Source: Patescibacteria group bacterium
Lineage (GTDB): Bacteria; Patescibacteriota; Patescibacteriia; 2-01-FULL-39-33
Length of the DNA stretch: 32,000 nucleotides
Assembly (NCBI GenBank): GCA_041662745.1
Contig: JBAZRV010000001.1
Span: forward strand, 60,001-92,000
Direction of reading: 5' to 3'
The position numbers were made by a program, and so were the translations under genes. The notes beneath the pieces were generated by a model. It saw only the letters and a program-made list of their open reading frames with translations, was not told the origin of the DNA and did no database searches. Shown here piece after piece: positions 17,894-26,729 of the stretch (its first letter is position 1; each line of letters starts with the position of its first letter).

Positions 17894-17961
17894 AATGTTT
17901 TCTAGCTGCGCTAAAACGAAATTAGTTGATGTTTTCCAGCTGCGCTAAAACGAAATTAGTT
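17894..17961. repeat. 34-bp tandem duplication spanning the 3' end of the pilin-like CDS
   Basis: ATGTTTTC(T/C)AGCTGCGCTAAAACGAAATTAGTT repeated with a 34-nt period. Confidence 0.9.
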
Positions 17962-18302
17962 ATGGCATAAGCGGCAAAAATAATAACTAAACCGATAACG
18001 GCATTATAGATCATCTTCTTGGCTTTTTCCACCTTCTTTTCGTCACCCTGAGCAGTCATCCACCAGAAGCCGGCATAAATAACGATCAAGACCAGAATCA
18101 CTCCCAAAACTCCCAAGACAATGCCAATGGCTGTTCCAATCATTGGCATCAAATCACCACTGCCCAATTGGCTCTCTAATCCGGTTTCATCAAGAAAAGT
18201 TCCGAATTCAACGGCGCGAACAAGCAAAGGCGCAGATAAAGCCATTACAGACAAAGCCAACGCCAGACCTTGCTTGCCGATTTTTTTAATCATTTTTTTC
18301 AT
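17922..18302 (-). CDS. Pilin-like small membrane protein (T4SS_pilin/TrbC-VirB2-like), copy 1
   Basis: Signal/TM + TM architecture with YAGFWWMTAQGDEKKVEKAKKMIYNAVIGLVIIFAAYAITNFVL; start moved to the internal Met (MKKMIKK) because the ORF-track N-terminus is atypical. Confidence 0.8.
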   Translation of the reverse strand: MKKMIKKIGKQGLALALSVMALSAPLLVRAVEFGTFLDETGLESQLGSGDLMPMIGTAIGIVLGVLGVILVLIVIYAGFWWMTAQGDEKKVEKAKKMIYNAVIGLVIIFAAYAITNFVLAQLENIN

Positions 18303-18348
18303 AATTTTTATTTTAGTTATTTTAATGCTAATTTTTTGGGCTATACTC

Positions 18349-18798
18349 TCAATCAGCAGGGTCATCCGGATTAGTCGGTAAACCTTTGAATTCCTGCGAA
18401 GTAACCGCCTGACTGCCGGAGCCGACCCGTTGCAATTGATCCAGAACAAAAGCGGTGATCGCCCAAGCGCCGGCCACGATAGCCAAACCGATAACGGCAT
18501 TATAAATCATTTTCTTGGCTTCATCCACTTTCTTCTCATTGCCCTGCGCCGTCATCCAAGTAAAGCCGGCATAAATCAGCAGTAAAATCAATAAAATGCC
18601 CAAGACACCCAAAACCGCCTTCACTATTCCGCCGACAATAACCGGCAAACTGCCCTGGCCTATGCCCTGTAACCCAGTTTGCTGGCCCACTGCGCCCAGA
18701 TTGGTCAAACCCTCCTTAACCTGCGCCTTTGCCGGGGCGAGAGCAAAAGCAAAAGCGACAAACAGAATAAAAATTGAAATTATAAGTGTTTTTTTCAT
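18349..18798 (-). CDS. Pilin-like small membrane protein, copy 2
   Basis: 149 aa; signal peptide, YAGFTWMTAQGNEKKVDEAKKMIYNAVIGLAIVAGAWAITAFVL. Confidence 0.82.
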   Translation of the reverse strand: MKKTLIISIFILFVAFAFALAPAKAQVKEGLTNLGAVGQQTGLQGIGQGSLPVIVGGIVKAVLGVLGILLILLLIYAGFTWMTAQGNEKKVDEAKKMIYNAVIGLAIVAGAWAITAFVLDQLQRVGSGSQAVTSQEFKGLPTNPDDPAD

Positions 18799-18887
18799 AA
18801 GAGGATAAGAGGATAAGAGGAAATTAGCAGATCACAAAATATTTTATCATCTCCTAATCTCCCCCTAAGGGGAGAAAATAATCTTGA

Positions 18888-19286
18888 CTAAGCTCCGGTA
18901 CTGCCGACAATCGCTCGCAAATTGCTCATGACGAACATGGCAATGGCATAAGCGGCAAAAATAATGACTAAGCCGATGATACCGGCATAAATCATTTTCT
19001 TGGCCTTGTCAACCTTATCTTGTTCACCGCCGGCAGTCATCCAGATGAAACCGCCGTAAAGGATGATCAAAACCGCGATAACGCCCAAAAAGCCCATGGC
19101 TACGTTCAGGATTCCGCCAATAATACTATTGAGGTTTCCTTGTTCAATCCCGGCCGTGCTGGCTATAAGATCTAAATCAATGTTTTGCACATCATCCTGC
19201 GCGCTGACCAAAACCGGCAAAGCGAACATGGACATCGCCACGACAATCAACATGGAAGCCAATAATTTCTTTAAAGTTTTTTTCAT
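18888..19286 (-). CDS. Pilin-like small membrane protein, copy 3
   Basis: 132 aa; YGGFIWMTAGGEQDKVDKAKKMIYAGIIGLVIIFAAYAIAMFV; strong SD GGGAGGTG upstream. Confidence 0.82.
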   Translation of the reverse strand: MKKTLKKLLASMLIVVAMSMFALPVLVSAQDDVQNIDLDLIASTAGIEQGNLNSIIGGILNVAMGFLGVIAVLIILYGGFIWMTAGGEQDKVDKAKKMIYAGIIGLVIIFAAYAIAMFVMSNLRAIVGSTGA

Positions 19287-19431
19287 TCTTTGTCACCTCC
19301 CTTCCGTGCTTGCAATCGTCAGATTTTTAATTGTGATCGCAGCTGCGACATCGCAATACCTTACCCGACAGAAGCAAAATTTAAATTATTATTTTAGAGC
19401 ACTGTTTTTTATCGGATGATCCCCTTGCTCT

Positions 19432-19773
19432 TTAGCCGGCGGCGGGAACCAAGATGCTGAACACGAAAGTCACGACAGCATAAGAAGAGAAAATAACCAA
19501 TAACCCCGCAACAGCCCAAATCATGACGGTCTTGCCTTTTTTGATATTATCGGCGCTAATGCCGGCAGTCATCCATAGTATGCCGCCATAAATAAAAGAC
19601 AGGAGAGCGGCGATGCCGACAAGGCCTAAAAGCGCATTAATCAGCCGAGCGGCCAGAGCGGGAATCGGTTCGTCTGGCAACTTCAACGGATCAATCAATT
19701 GGACCGCTGAAACTGAAAGCGGCAAAATGATAAGAAGCAACGAGCACAATATTGTCTTAAAAAAATTTTTCAT
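19432..19773 (-). CDS. Pilin-like small membrane protein, copy 4 (divergent)
   Basis: 113 aa; YGGILWMTAGISADNIKKGKTVMIWAVAGLLVIFSSYAVVTFVF. Confidence 0.78.
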   Translation of the reverse strand: MKNFFKTILCSLLLIILPLSVSAVQLIDPLKLPDEPIPALAARLINALLGLVGIAALLSFIYGGILWMTAGISADNIKKGKTVMIWAVAGLLVIFSSYAVVTFVFSILVPAAG

Positions 19774-19783
19774 AAAATTTTCA

Positions 19784-20206
19784 CTAAACGCAAGTAGTTC
19801 CGAAGGAACTGCCGACCAAGGAAGTAAATAAAAAGTTTACCATGGTAAAAGCGGCTAAAATTATAACTAAAGCGATAACCGTATTAACCATCAAGCTTTT
19901 GCCTTTCTTGATTTTATTCTGATCGCCGAAAGATAACAGCCAAAACCAAGTACCGCCATAAATAAACAACAGCAAGGCGACAATGCCGGAAAAAGACAGG
20001 ATCATATTAGTGCCGGTAATGCCAACCTGAAGCAAATCGCAAAGACCGCAAACGCCGTTACAAAAACATTGATCGCTGATATCTTTGAGTAAATAGGAAG
20101 ACGGGCCAGTGGTCGGCTTGGCCGTACAGGCGGCCAAAACTGCCGGAGTATTCAACGCCAGCAACACCAATAAAACACTCAATATTTTCAGTCCCTTTCT
20201 AAACAT
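19784..20206 (-). CDS. Pilin-like small membrane protein, copy 5 (Cys-containing, divergent)
   Basis: 140 aa; IYGGTWFWLLSFGDQNKIKKGKSLMVNTVIALVIILAAFTMVNFLF; CFCNGVCGLCDLL segment. Confidence 0.72.
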   Translation of the reverse strand: MFRKGLKILSVLLVLLALNTPAVLAACTAKPTTGPSSYLLKDISDQCFCNGVCGLCDLLQVGITGTNMILSFSGIVALLLFIYGGTWFWLLSFGDQNKIKKGKSLMVNTVIALVIILAAFTMVNFLFTSLVGSSFGTTCV

Positions 20207-20242
20207 AAGCGTATTATAGCAAAAATATGATAATTACAAAAG

Positions 20243-21661
20243 CTAATATTGCTGGGTTACTGTCTGGTTAATCTTATCCACGGCTACGCCGATAACCTTG
20301 GATAATTCCTGCCGGGGATCGGACATCCTGAGATACTGCTCAATCATTTCTATCATAGCCTGCTTGGCCGCATCAAAATTCTTGCCCTTGTACCAACTGA
20401 AAGCCGAAGGCGCCTGATAGGCCGAGGGATACAAATCCTCGTTATCCAATTGGCTGTCGCGCAAATCGCGCAAAGCGGTCGGCTTGACCGTTTTGGCCAA
20501 AAACTTTTTTATTTCCGGATAACTCTTATTGGTTCCGGCGTCATTGATAAACAACAAGAAATCCCACGACTCATTGGGGTGCGTTGATGATTTGGTAACG
20601 GTTTCCACCCAATAATCAGCATAATTCTTGCTGGGATTGCCGGCAATCTGAGGAATTGGCGCCACGCCGAAATTAACCCGCGACTGCGCCCGCACCTGAG
20701 GGATGTTAAAGTTATAACCGAAGAAAAAAGCCACCTTGCCCTGAGTAAAAGCGTCAAAAGAATTGGGCAGGGAAGCGTCCCAGGAATAAACTCGTTTGCC
20801 CACGGTGGCAAAATCGGTATAAAACTGCAAAGCGGTCTGGCCGGGGTTGACCGTCTTGTAACCGCCGCTGCCGTCTGCTTGTTGGATAGTCTTAAAAAAA
20901 GTAACATAACCATTGCCATCAGCCATTGTCGCTCCGGCCTGCATCATTAAAACGGACAAAATATCAAAGGCGTAATTGACATTGTAACCCATGCCTAAGG
21001 CCGCTCCGGCCACCAAAATCTTCTGGGTATCGGAAACTTTGGTGATCTTTTCTACGGCATCCTGAAACGCCGACCAATCAGTGGGAATTTGAGCAACACT
21101 GTTCTGATTCAATAAATCCTTGTTATAAAACATGATCAGCGACTCCAGACTAAGCGGCAGACCGTAAATCTTATTATCCATAATTACATCATTGCTGACG
21201 GTATCAAAAAATAAAGCCTTCATTTCCCGGACGGTGGGCGAAATTTTTGTTCTTAACTCAACAACCTGTTCTTTCTGGATCGTGCCCTTTTCTATAATGT
21301 AACCCATTTGGTATTTGGCTGGCAAAGGTGAGATTTTATTCTTATACTTGGGCAGCCAAGTAACAGGAATGGAGAAGATATCCGGTCCGCGGTCTTCGGC
21401 TAAGGCGTTAAGCAAATAGCTCTCATATTCCTCCATGCGGAACTTGCGGTAATTGATGGTGATATTGGGATGTTGGACTTGGTAATCTTTGATAACAGCG
21501 TCAAAGGCGTCAGAATCATCCCAAACGCGCCAATAATTCAAAGTAATCGGCTTAACAGCTTCTTGTTCGGCGGAGCTGAGAAGCTTGCAACCGAAGCCGG
21601 CAGTAGCCAACACTAACGCTAATGTAGCTAAAGCAAGGAGATAAATTTTTTTATTGGTCAT
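20243..21661 (-). CDS. Extracellular solute-binding lipoprotein (family 1, sugar-type)
   Basis: 472 aa; lipobox-like TAGFGC, ITLNYWRVWDDSDAF, YESYLLNALAEDRGPDIFSIP, GLPLSLESLIMFYNKDL. Confidence 0.85.
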   Translation of the reverse strand: MTNKKIYLLALATLALVLATAGFGCKLLSSAEQEAVKPITLNYWRVWDDSDAFDAVIKDYQVQHPNITINYRKFRMEEYESYLLNALAEDRGPDIFSIPVTWLPKYKNKISPLPAKYQMGYIIEKGTIQKEQVVELRTKISPTVREMKALFFDTVSNDVIMDNKIYGLPLSLESLIMFYNKDLLNQNSVAQIPTDWSAFQDAVEKITKVSDTQKILVAGAALGMGYNVNYAFDILSVLMMQAGATMADGNGYVTFFKTIQQADGSGGYKTVNPGQTALQFYTDFATVGKRVYSWDASLPNSFDAFTQGKVAFFFGYNFNIPQVRAQSRVNFGVAPIPQIAGNPSKNYADYWVETVTKSSTHPNESWDFLLFINDAGTNKSYPEIKKFLAKTVKPTALRDLRDSQLDNEDLYPSAYQAPSAFSWYKGKNFDAAKQAMIEMIEQYLRMSDPRQELSKVIGVAVDKINQTVTQQY

Positions 21662-21740
21662 AATATTATTCTTACTTATGATATTATAACATAAATACCT
21701 AAAAATATAAAAACAACTTACTATTTTTTAAAAAAAATCA

Positions 21741-21771
21741 CCCCTCGGAATCCATGGCGGACTCCGAGGGG
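21741..21771 (-). terminator. Intrinsic terminator for 21788..22453
   Basis: CCCCTCGGA/TCCGAGGGG stem followed by a T tract on the minus strand. Confidence 0.8.
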
Positions 21772-21787
21772 CGGTGAAAGTTCTAAT

Positions 21788-22453
21788 CTAATTATTAGTA
21801 TCCTTGTGGTACTGCTCCAGCAAGGCCTGGAGATCGGTCTTCTGGCTCTTGCTCACCGAGTGGTGCAAGGGCCGAGTCGGGCGGGCGATGATTTCCGCCG
21901 CCCGAATGCTGACGTTCGCCGTTATTTGGGCGTTATCGGCGGCGTCTTGCGCGGTCTTGGCCTTCTTGTCGGCCGTATCAGCCAATGCGCCGACATCATC
22001 AATCGACTCCTCCATCAACTTGTCGTACTCCTTGACGATGGCGGGTTCAATGTCCCAGATGCCGTTGGTCAGCAACTTTTTGACTTCCTTCTCGGACTTC
22101 TGCCCGAGTTCGGAATCATCGCCTCCTCGCGCTTGGATTGCCTGCCACTTGGCAAACAACGGATCGTTCTCGGCCTGGACGCGCTTATCCAGACGAGATC
22201 TTACCTTGGCGACGCCGGACGCCAGCGCTTCATCGGCCACGGACTGACTTGCCGTCAAGGCAATCATGTCCGTTTTCAGCAAGGACACGTCCTTTCTCAC
22301 ATTGCCGATGACGGACGCGATAAGGAGTATCAAGACCAGGCAAATTAAGAACCCGGCCCAAACGACATGCGGAACGGCTGAAGCAGACTTATCACGACGC
22401 CGACCGCCGGACTGTTGGCTTACCTGTTGAGTGTCTTGGTCATTATCCGACAT
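21788..22453 (-). CDS. Hypothetical single-TM protein with coiled-coil-like extracytoplasmic region
   Basis: 221 aa; VVWAGFLICLVLILLIASVIG TM; SD AGAGGAGG. Confidence 0.7.
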   Translation of the reverse strand: MSDNDQDTQQVSQQSGGRRRDKSASAVPHVVWAGFLICLVLILLIASVIGNVRKDVSLLKTDMIALTASQSVADEALASGVAKVRSRLDKRVQAENDPLFAKWQAIQARGGDDSELGQKSEKEVKKLLTNGIWDIEPAIVKEYDKLMEESIDDVGALADTADKKAKTAQDAADNAQITANVSIRAAEIIARPTRPLHHSVSKSQKTDLQALLEQYHKDTNN

Positions 22454-22531
22454 GATTCTTCCTCCTCTTTCCTTGTTTTTTGGTGTTTATCTCATTGTAG
22501 GTGCTTTCGGCTCACATTGCCGAATCACTCC

Positions 22532-22560
22532 ATTATATCATACCTACACCATTTTGTCAA
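22532..22560 (-). promoter_or_regulatory. Consensus sigma70-type promoter for 21788..22453
   Basis: TTGACA (22555-22560) - 17 nt - TATAAT (22532-22537) on the minus strand. Confidence 0.85.
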
Positions 22561-22638
22561 TCCATTTATCCACAGATAATAGTTATTCATTTAAAATTAG
22601 CTAAAATTTGACACAATTAATGCCATTTTACGACTAAT

Positions 22639-22667
22639 TTAACGAATCAGCCAAAATATGGTATAAT
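22639..22667 (+). promoter_or_regulatory. Promoter for the 22694..26389 operon
   Basis: TTAACG (22639-22644) - 17 nt - TATAAT (22662-22667), extended -10 TGG. Confidence 0.6.
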
Positions 22668-22693
22668 TAACATCAGAAAATTAACCAAAATCT

Positions 22694-23017
22694 ATGGATA
22701 ATGACTTTATCAAATCATTCTTAGAAAAATTAGTGGCTGAAGCCGGCTTAGACCAAATGTCCCCCGAATTTAAGGCGCAATATATGGGTAAATTGGAAGA
22801 AACGCTTAACCAGCAACTGGGCTTGATTCTGTTGCAAAACCTTGATGAAGCCAAACAGCAGGAGTTCCAAGCTATGATTGACAGCAAGACTCTGGATAAC
22901 GCCAAAATCCAAAAGCTGGCCGATCAAATACCGGATTTTGATCAAAAAATTAAAGACGGTCTGCTGGCTTTTGCCAACGACTTCATTACTCTGGCTCAAA
23001 AGAATAAGCCGGCATAA
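22694..23017 (+). CDS. Hypothetical protein (DUF5663-like small helical protein)
   Basis: 107-aa ORF, first gene of a tightly packed three-gene unit; family name is tentative. Confidence 0.6.
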   Translation: MDNDFIKSFLEKLVAEAGLDQMSPEFKAQYMGKLEETLNQQLGLILLQNLDEAKQQEFQAMIDSKTLDNAKIQKLADQIPDFDQKIKDGLLAFANDFITLAQKNKPA

Positions 23018-23020
23018 GCT

Positions 23021-23215
23021 ATGGTCCAAAAAACAAAAAAAATCGCCACTAAAGGCGACTTGGCGCGGGAACTGAAAAAACTGGATAAATTATATCGGGA
23101 GACGATGTTGCAATTAAAAAAAATAAAAAATGAGGGCCGTAAAATGCTAGAAATCCAACAAAAGAAATCAGATGAAGAAAAAATTAAAGCGATCCTAAAA
23201 AGTTTAGGCAAATAG
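23021..23215 (+). CDS. Hypothetical small charged protein
   Basis: 64-aa ORF with 3-nt intergenic gaps on both sides. Confidence 0.55.
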   Translation: MVQKTKKIATKGDLARELKKLDKLYRETMLQLKKIKNEGRKMLEIQQKKSDEEKIKAILKSLGK

Positions 23216-23218
23216 CTT

Positions 23219-26200
23219 ATGGCGAAAAAACAAAAACAACCGCCGGACAATCCGTCAAGGCCAAGAGGCGAAGCCGAACAAACGTTCGGTTCATCTTTGG
23301 GTGATAATCCGGAATTGACCAAACTGTTTGCCGAACTCAATGCTGCGCCCGAAGAACCGTCCACCAATCTTGATCTAGGAGAAGCGAAAAAGCTTATTAC
23401 GGAATTAGAGGCCACCATTCAAGCGGAAGTGGGCGCTGCTGGCGACACTGCGGAATCAACGGAGGCGACAGCGGAGGCGGTTCAAGATTTTTCTCTGGCG
23501 GCCATAGCGGCCAGGGCGCTGTTGGACAGCTGGTTAGCAGATGGGGCAGGAACTGAAGATGGGGAAGAATATGAAGATGAAAATGGAGAGGAGACGGACG
23601 AGACTGAAAAACCAATAATTCCGATTGAACCTGTCGTACCAGCGCCTGATATAACAGAAGCCCCGGAAAAAAAGACGGCAACGCTTTCAACACCTGAAGA
23701 AGACAGGCCTATTCCCGTTGAGGAAACAGCCCCGATTCCCGTTGCAGAAACAACAACTCAAGAAACGGTCCCGTTACCGCCAACGCCGGAATCAACTTCA
23801 GAAAAAACAGAGACTGCAGTACCGTCGACCGAATTTATAAATCCTGAATCGCCACTATTGACTTCGGAATTGACTCCGGAAAAACTATTACATATTCTGG
23901 ACTCTCTTGAAACACCCTCGCCGTTGGTTACCCGCAAAAGCATCGTAGAAATATTTAATGAGTTGAACTCCCGGAGACTGGTTGCCCAAAGAACGGGTGA
24001 GGATAATGTCGCGACATTAAGCGCCGCTGAAAAAATGCGGGCCCAAGACGAGGCCGGCTTTGTTTCCGTTGAAACGGTCAAGTCAGGATTAAGCGAGCTA
24101 CCGGAAACCCGATTAATGGAAATATTGTCAGATCCTCAAAAGGAAGGCAATGCCGGTTTGCTGACGGAGCTGATTAGGAATTATGCTGAAGCGTCCGGCT
24201 TGGATAATAAAGAAACGCAACGAATTTTCCAACAGCAAGAAAAAAAATTACGCCGGGAAGCGCAACAGAGATTGGCTGAGGGGAAAAGCTTAAAAAAAGA
24301 AATGGGCAAGGCCTTGGCTAAAAGCGCCCTCTACATCGGCGGCGGCGTTGGCATTTCTCTTGCCACCGGCGGCCTGGCTTCCTTTTTCTCGCCCCTGGCG
24401 ATCGGCGCCATCAGATCGGCGGATATTTACCTTACTGCCAAAAAGAACAAAAAAGAGGGGGGGGCAAAACTGCAAGAAATCAGGCAAGAGTTGGCTAATG
24501 ACGAATCAGCTAAAGGAGCTTATCTGGAAGAATTCTTTGCCGACCTGGCCGTAGCCAAACAATTGCAATTAGGCCAAAATCAAGAAGGTTCGCTGGCCGA
24601 TTGCTTGACTGCCAATCCCGATATCCTGGGAAATATTTCAGAAGACGAAAAAGCCGGCGACATCCGGGGGTTAGAAATTTTAGAAAAGCATTATAATTTA
24701 TTAAATAAAGCCAACACCGGCTGGCTGAATAATCATCCCTGGGCGAATAAGGCGATCAAAGGATTGGATAAGGTATTCTTGGCCGGCGGAAGCAGCGCCG
24801 GAGAAAAAACCGTCACCAGTGCGGCATTGTTTGGCATCGGCCAGGCCCTGCGTTACGGCGGAGCCGGCGCTTGGGGCAGACGAACAGTAAGCGGTTTGGC
24901 CGGCGCCAAGTTGGGAGCGATCGGAGCCGAGTATCTGAGCGGAAAAAGTGGCTGGGGAGAAAAAATTGATGTTGAAAAACATATAATTGATCAGGAAGCA
25001 GAGGCTGATGCTATTTTTGAAAAATTCAAGGAGTTAAAGTCAGAAAAAACAAATCTTGACAGTAAAAAATACAAACGAAACGCCGTTAAAACGGCCGGGG
25101 TAATCGCCGGCGCTTTGGCCGGCATAGCTTTGGGCGAAGCGGCCAGCGCCGCAACCCATAAAATCAGTTCTTGGCTGCAAGGCGAAGCAGCGCCGGTTAC
25201 CGACGCCGGTTCCGCTTCGACGGAAACCGCGCCGCCGGCCGCCGCCAAAGTTGAACAGGCTGATTTAATGCCGCAGAAAGAGCAATTGGCTTTGGCGACT
25301 ATCGGCAAAGGCGAGGGCATTGAACACGCCCTGCACCGGCAATTGGAAGCCAACGCCAAGGAGCTCGGTTATGCCGGCGATCTGGAAAACAAAAGCGCCC
25401 TGCATCATTGGGCGGGCATGCGAGCGCATCAAATAGCTGTTGCCGAGCATTATGTTGATCCGAAAACCGGAGCGGAAGTCCGTGTCAGCGGTGCCGGCAT
25501 CGGTCATGCCCAATATATTTTAGATGACAACGGGCATATCCACGAATTCATAGACGGCCACCAAACCGGCGAATCTGGAACGATCGCCGCCAAAGCGTTT
25601 GAATACGCTTACGAAAAACCGACGACTCCGGCGACGATAATTAGCGAGGCAACGCCTGAGGCCGGACATATTTCTGAGGGCAATGTAACCGCCAGTCTAA
25701 ATAATCTTGATGCTAAATACCCCGGTTCGGCGGAGCTGATCACGCAAGCGACCATGGAAACAACCGGCCATGCCAATCAACAAGAACTCATTGATGTAAC
25801 CGATTATTTTTATCATCACCCCAATTTCAAACCGTCGGCCGGACTGATTGAGCTGGTAACCAGCCATGATCCCCAAGCCAACCGTCTGCTCGGCTTTTTG
25901 GAACACCACCAAGTTGCTGATAACCTTAAGATGGTGGAACTGATAAACTCCAACGACATCTTTGCCGACACTAAAAACATGCCTAACTGGCTGGAAGTAT
26001 TTTTGGGCTCAACCGAGGGGCGCAATGAAGGCGTGGCCTCATCGCTGGAGCGGATCTTCCATAATAACGGCTTAAGCGATCATTACAAGAGTGAATTCCA
26101 TATGCCCGATTTCCAGGTATCGCAAACCCATGCCAGCGCCTTCACCGGCGATATTGCCTTTAAAACCCCGGCACCCCTAAACTCAATGCTGACCGGCGGC

Positions 26201-26389
26201 AAACCGGCAATGATTGATTGGCTTTATGATCCGTCAAAAGGTTCTTTCAGGGCCACGATTAATTTCCGCGGCCAACTCATCGGTGAAGCATTTGCGCCTC
26301 AGCCCGGCGATAATAACCCTAACCGAATTCTGACCCGAACCTTCGAATCATTGCTAGATAAACTCAAAGACAAGGTGGCCGGCAAATAA
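23219..26389 (+). CDS. Large hypothetical protein: acidic/Pro-Thr-rich N-terminus, two central hydrophobic segments, long C-terminal region
   Basis: 1056-aa ORF; AKSALYIGGGVGISLATGGLASFFSPLAIGAI and AVKTAGVIAGALAGIALGEAA segments; C-terminal IGKGEGIEHALHRQLEANAKELG region. Confidence 0.8.
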   Translation: MAKKQKQPPDNPSRPRGEAEQTFGSSLGDNPELTKLFAELNAAPEEPSTNLDLGEAKKLITELEATIQAEVGAAGDTAESTEATAEAVQDFSLAAIAARALLDSWLADGAGTEDGEEYEDENGEETDETEKPIIPIEPVVPAPDITEAPEKKTATLSTPEEDRPIPVEETAPIPVAETTTQETVPLPPTPESTSEKTETAVPSTEFINPESPLLTSELTPEKLLHILDSLETPSPLVTRKSIVEIFNELNSRRLVAQRTGEDNVATLSAAEKMRAQDEAGFVSVETVKSGLSELPETRLMEILSDPQKEGNAGLLTELIRNYAEASGLDNKETQRIFQQQEKKLRREAQQRLAEGKSLKKEMGKALAKSALYIGGGVGISLATGGLASFFSPLAIGAIRSADIYLTAKKNKKEGGAKLQEIRQELANDESAKGAYLEEFFADLAVAKQLQLGQNQEGSLADCLTANPDILGNISEDEKAGDIRGLEILEKHYNLLNKANTGWLNNHPWANKAIKGLDKVFLAGGSSAGEKTVTSAALFGIGQALRYGGAGAWGRRTVSGLAGAKLGAIGAEYLSGKSGWGEKIDVEKHIIDQEAEADAIFEKFKELKSEKTNLDSKKYKRNAVKTAGVIAGALAGIALGEAASAATHKISSWLQGEAAPVTDAGSASTETAPPAAAKVEQADLMPQKEQLALATIGKGEGIEHALHRQLEANAKELGYAGDLENKSALHHWAGMRAHQIAVAEHYVDPKTGAEVRVSGAGIGHAQYILDDNGHIHEFIDGHQTGESGTIAAKAFEYAYEKPTTPATIISEATPEAGHISEGNVTASLNNLDAKYPGSAELITQATMETTGHANQQELIDVTDYFYHHPNFKPSAGLIELVTSHDPQANRLLGFLEHHQVADNLKMVELINSNDIFADTKNMPNWLEVFLGSTEGRNEGVASSLERIFHNNGLSDHYKSEFHMPDFQVSQTHASAFTGDIAFKTPAPLNSMLTGGKPAMIDWLYDPSKGSFRATINFRGQLIGEAFAPQPGDNNPNRILTRTFESLLDKLKDKVAGK

Positions 26390-26400
26390 TAATCAATTAT

Positions 26401-26431
26401 AAAAGCCGCCCCGCTTTGCGGGGCGGCTTTT
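26401..26431. terminator. Strong bidirectional intrinsic terminator
   Basis: AAAAGCCGCCCCGC TTT GCGGGGCGGCTTTT, perfect 14-bp stem. Confidence 0.95.
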
Positions 26432-26438
26432 TATGTTG

Positions 26439-26705
26439 TTACTCCAAAGAAATCACCAATAATCCCTTGTCTTCTATTGCTTCTTTCGGCCAAAAAAGCT
26501 TATCCAAACTGAATTTACCGACATAAGTTACGGTTTTTTCTATGGTCCGGCCGGTGTATTTTTCCGTCAAAGGATCCCATTCTTCCAATACCAGAACATC
26601 GCCTTCCCGCACTTCAAAGTCATTCAGACGCAGTTCATATTTTTTCTTTCCTGAAGCCACGGCGGAAAAATATTGCGGCCAGATTTTCTTATGTATCGTC
26701 GCCAT
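26439..26705 (-). CDS. DUF3850/ASCH-like (PUA-superfamily) protein
   Basis: 88 aa; IWPQYFSAVASGKKKYELRLNDFEVREGDVLVLEEWDPLTEKYTGR. Confidence 0.75.
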   Translation of the reverse strand: MATIHKKIWPQYFSAVASGKKKYELRLNDFEVREGDVLVLEEWDPLTEKYTGRTIEKTVTYVGKFSLDKLFWPKEAIEDKGLLVISLE

Positions 26706-26729
26706 ATAATAATCACAAAAAACGATGGC

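Noticed and set aside
18799-18821. Short tandem ATAAGAGG repeats upstream of pilin copy 2 as a phase-variation tract
   Set aside because: Only about three units lying upstream of the start codon; too little evidence to claim a regulatory function.
21804-22348. 147-aa and 180-aa plus-strand ORFs
   Set aside because: Antisense to 21788..22453, which has its own consensus promoter, SD and terminator.
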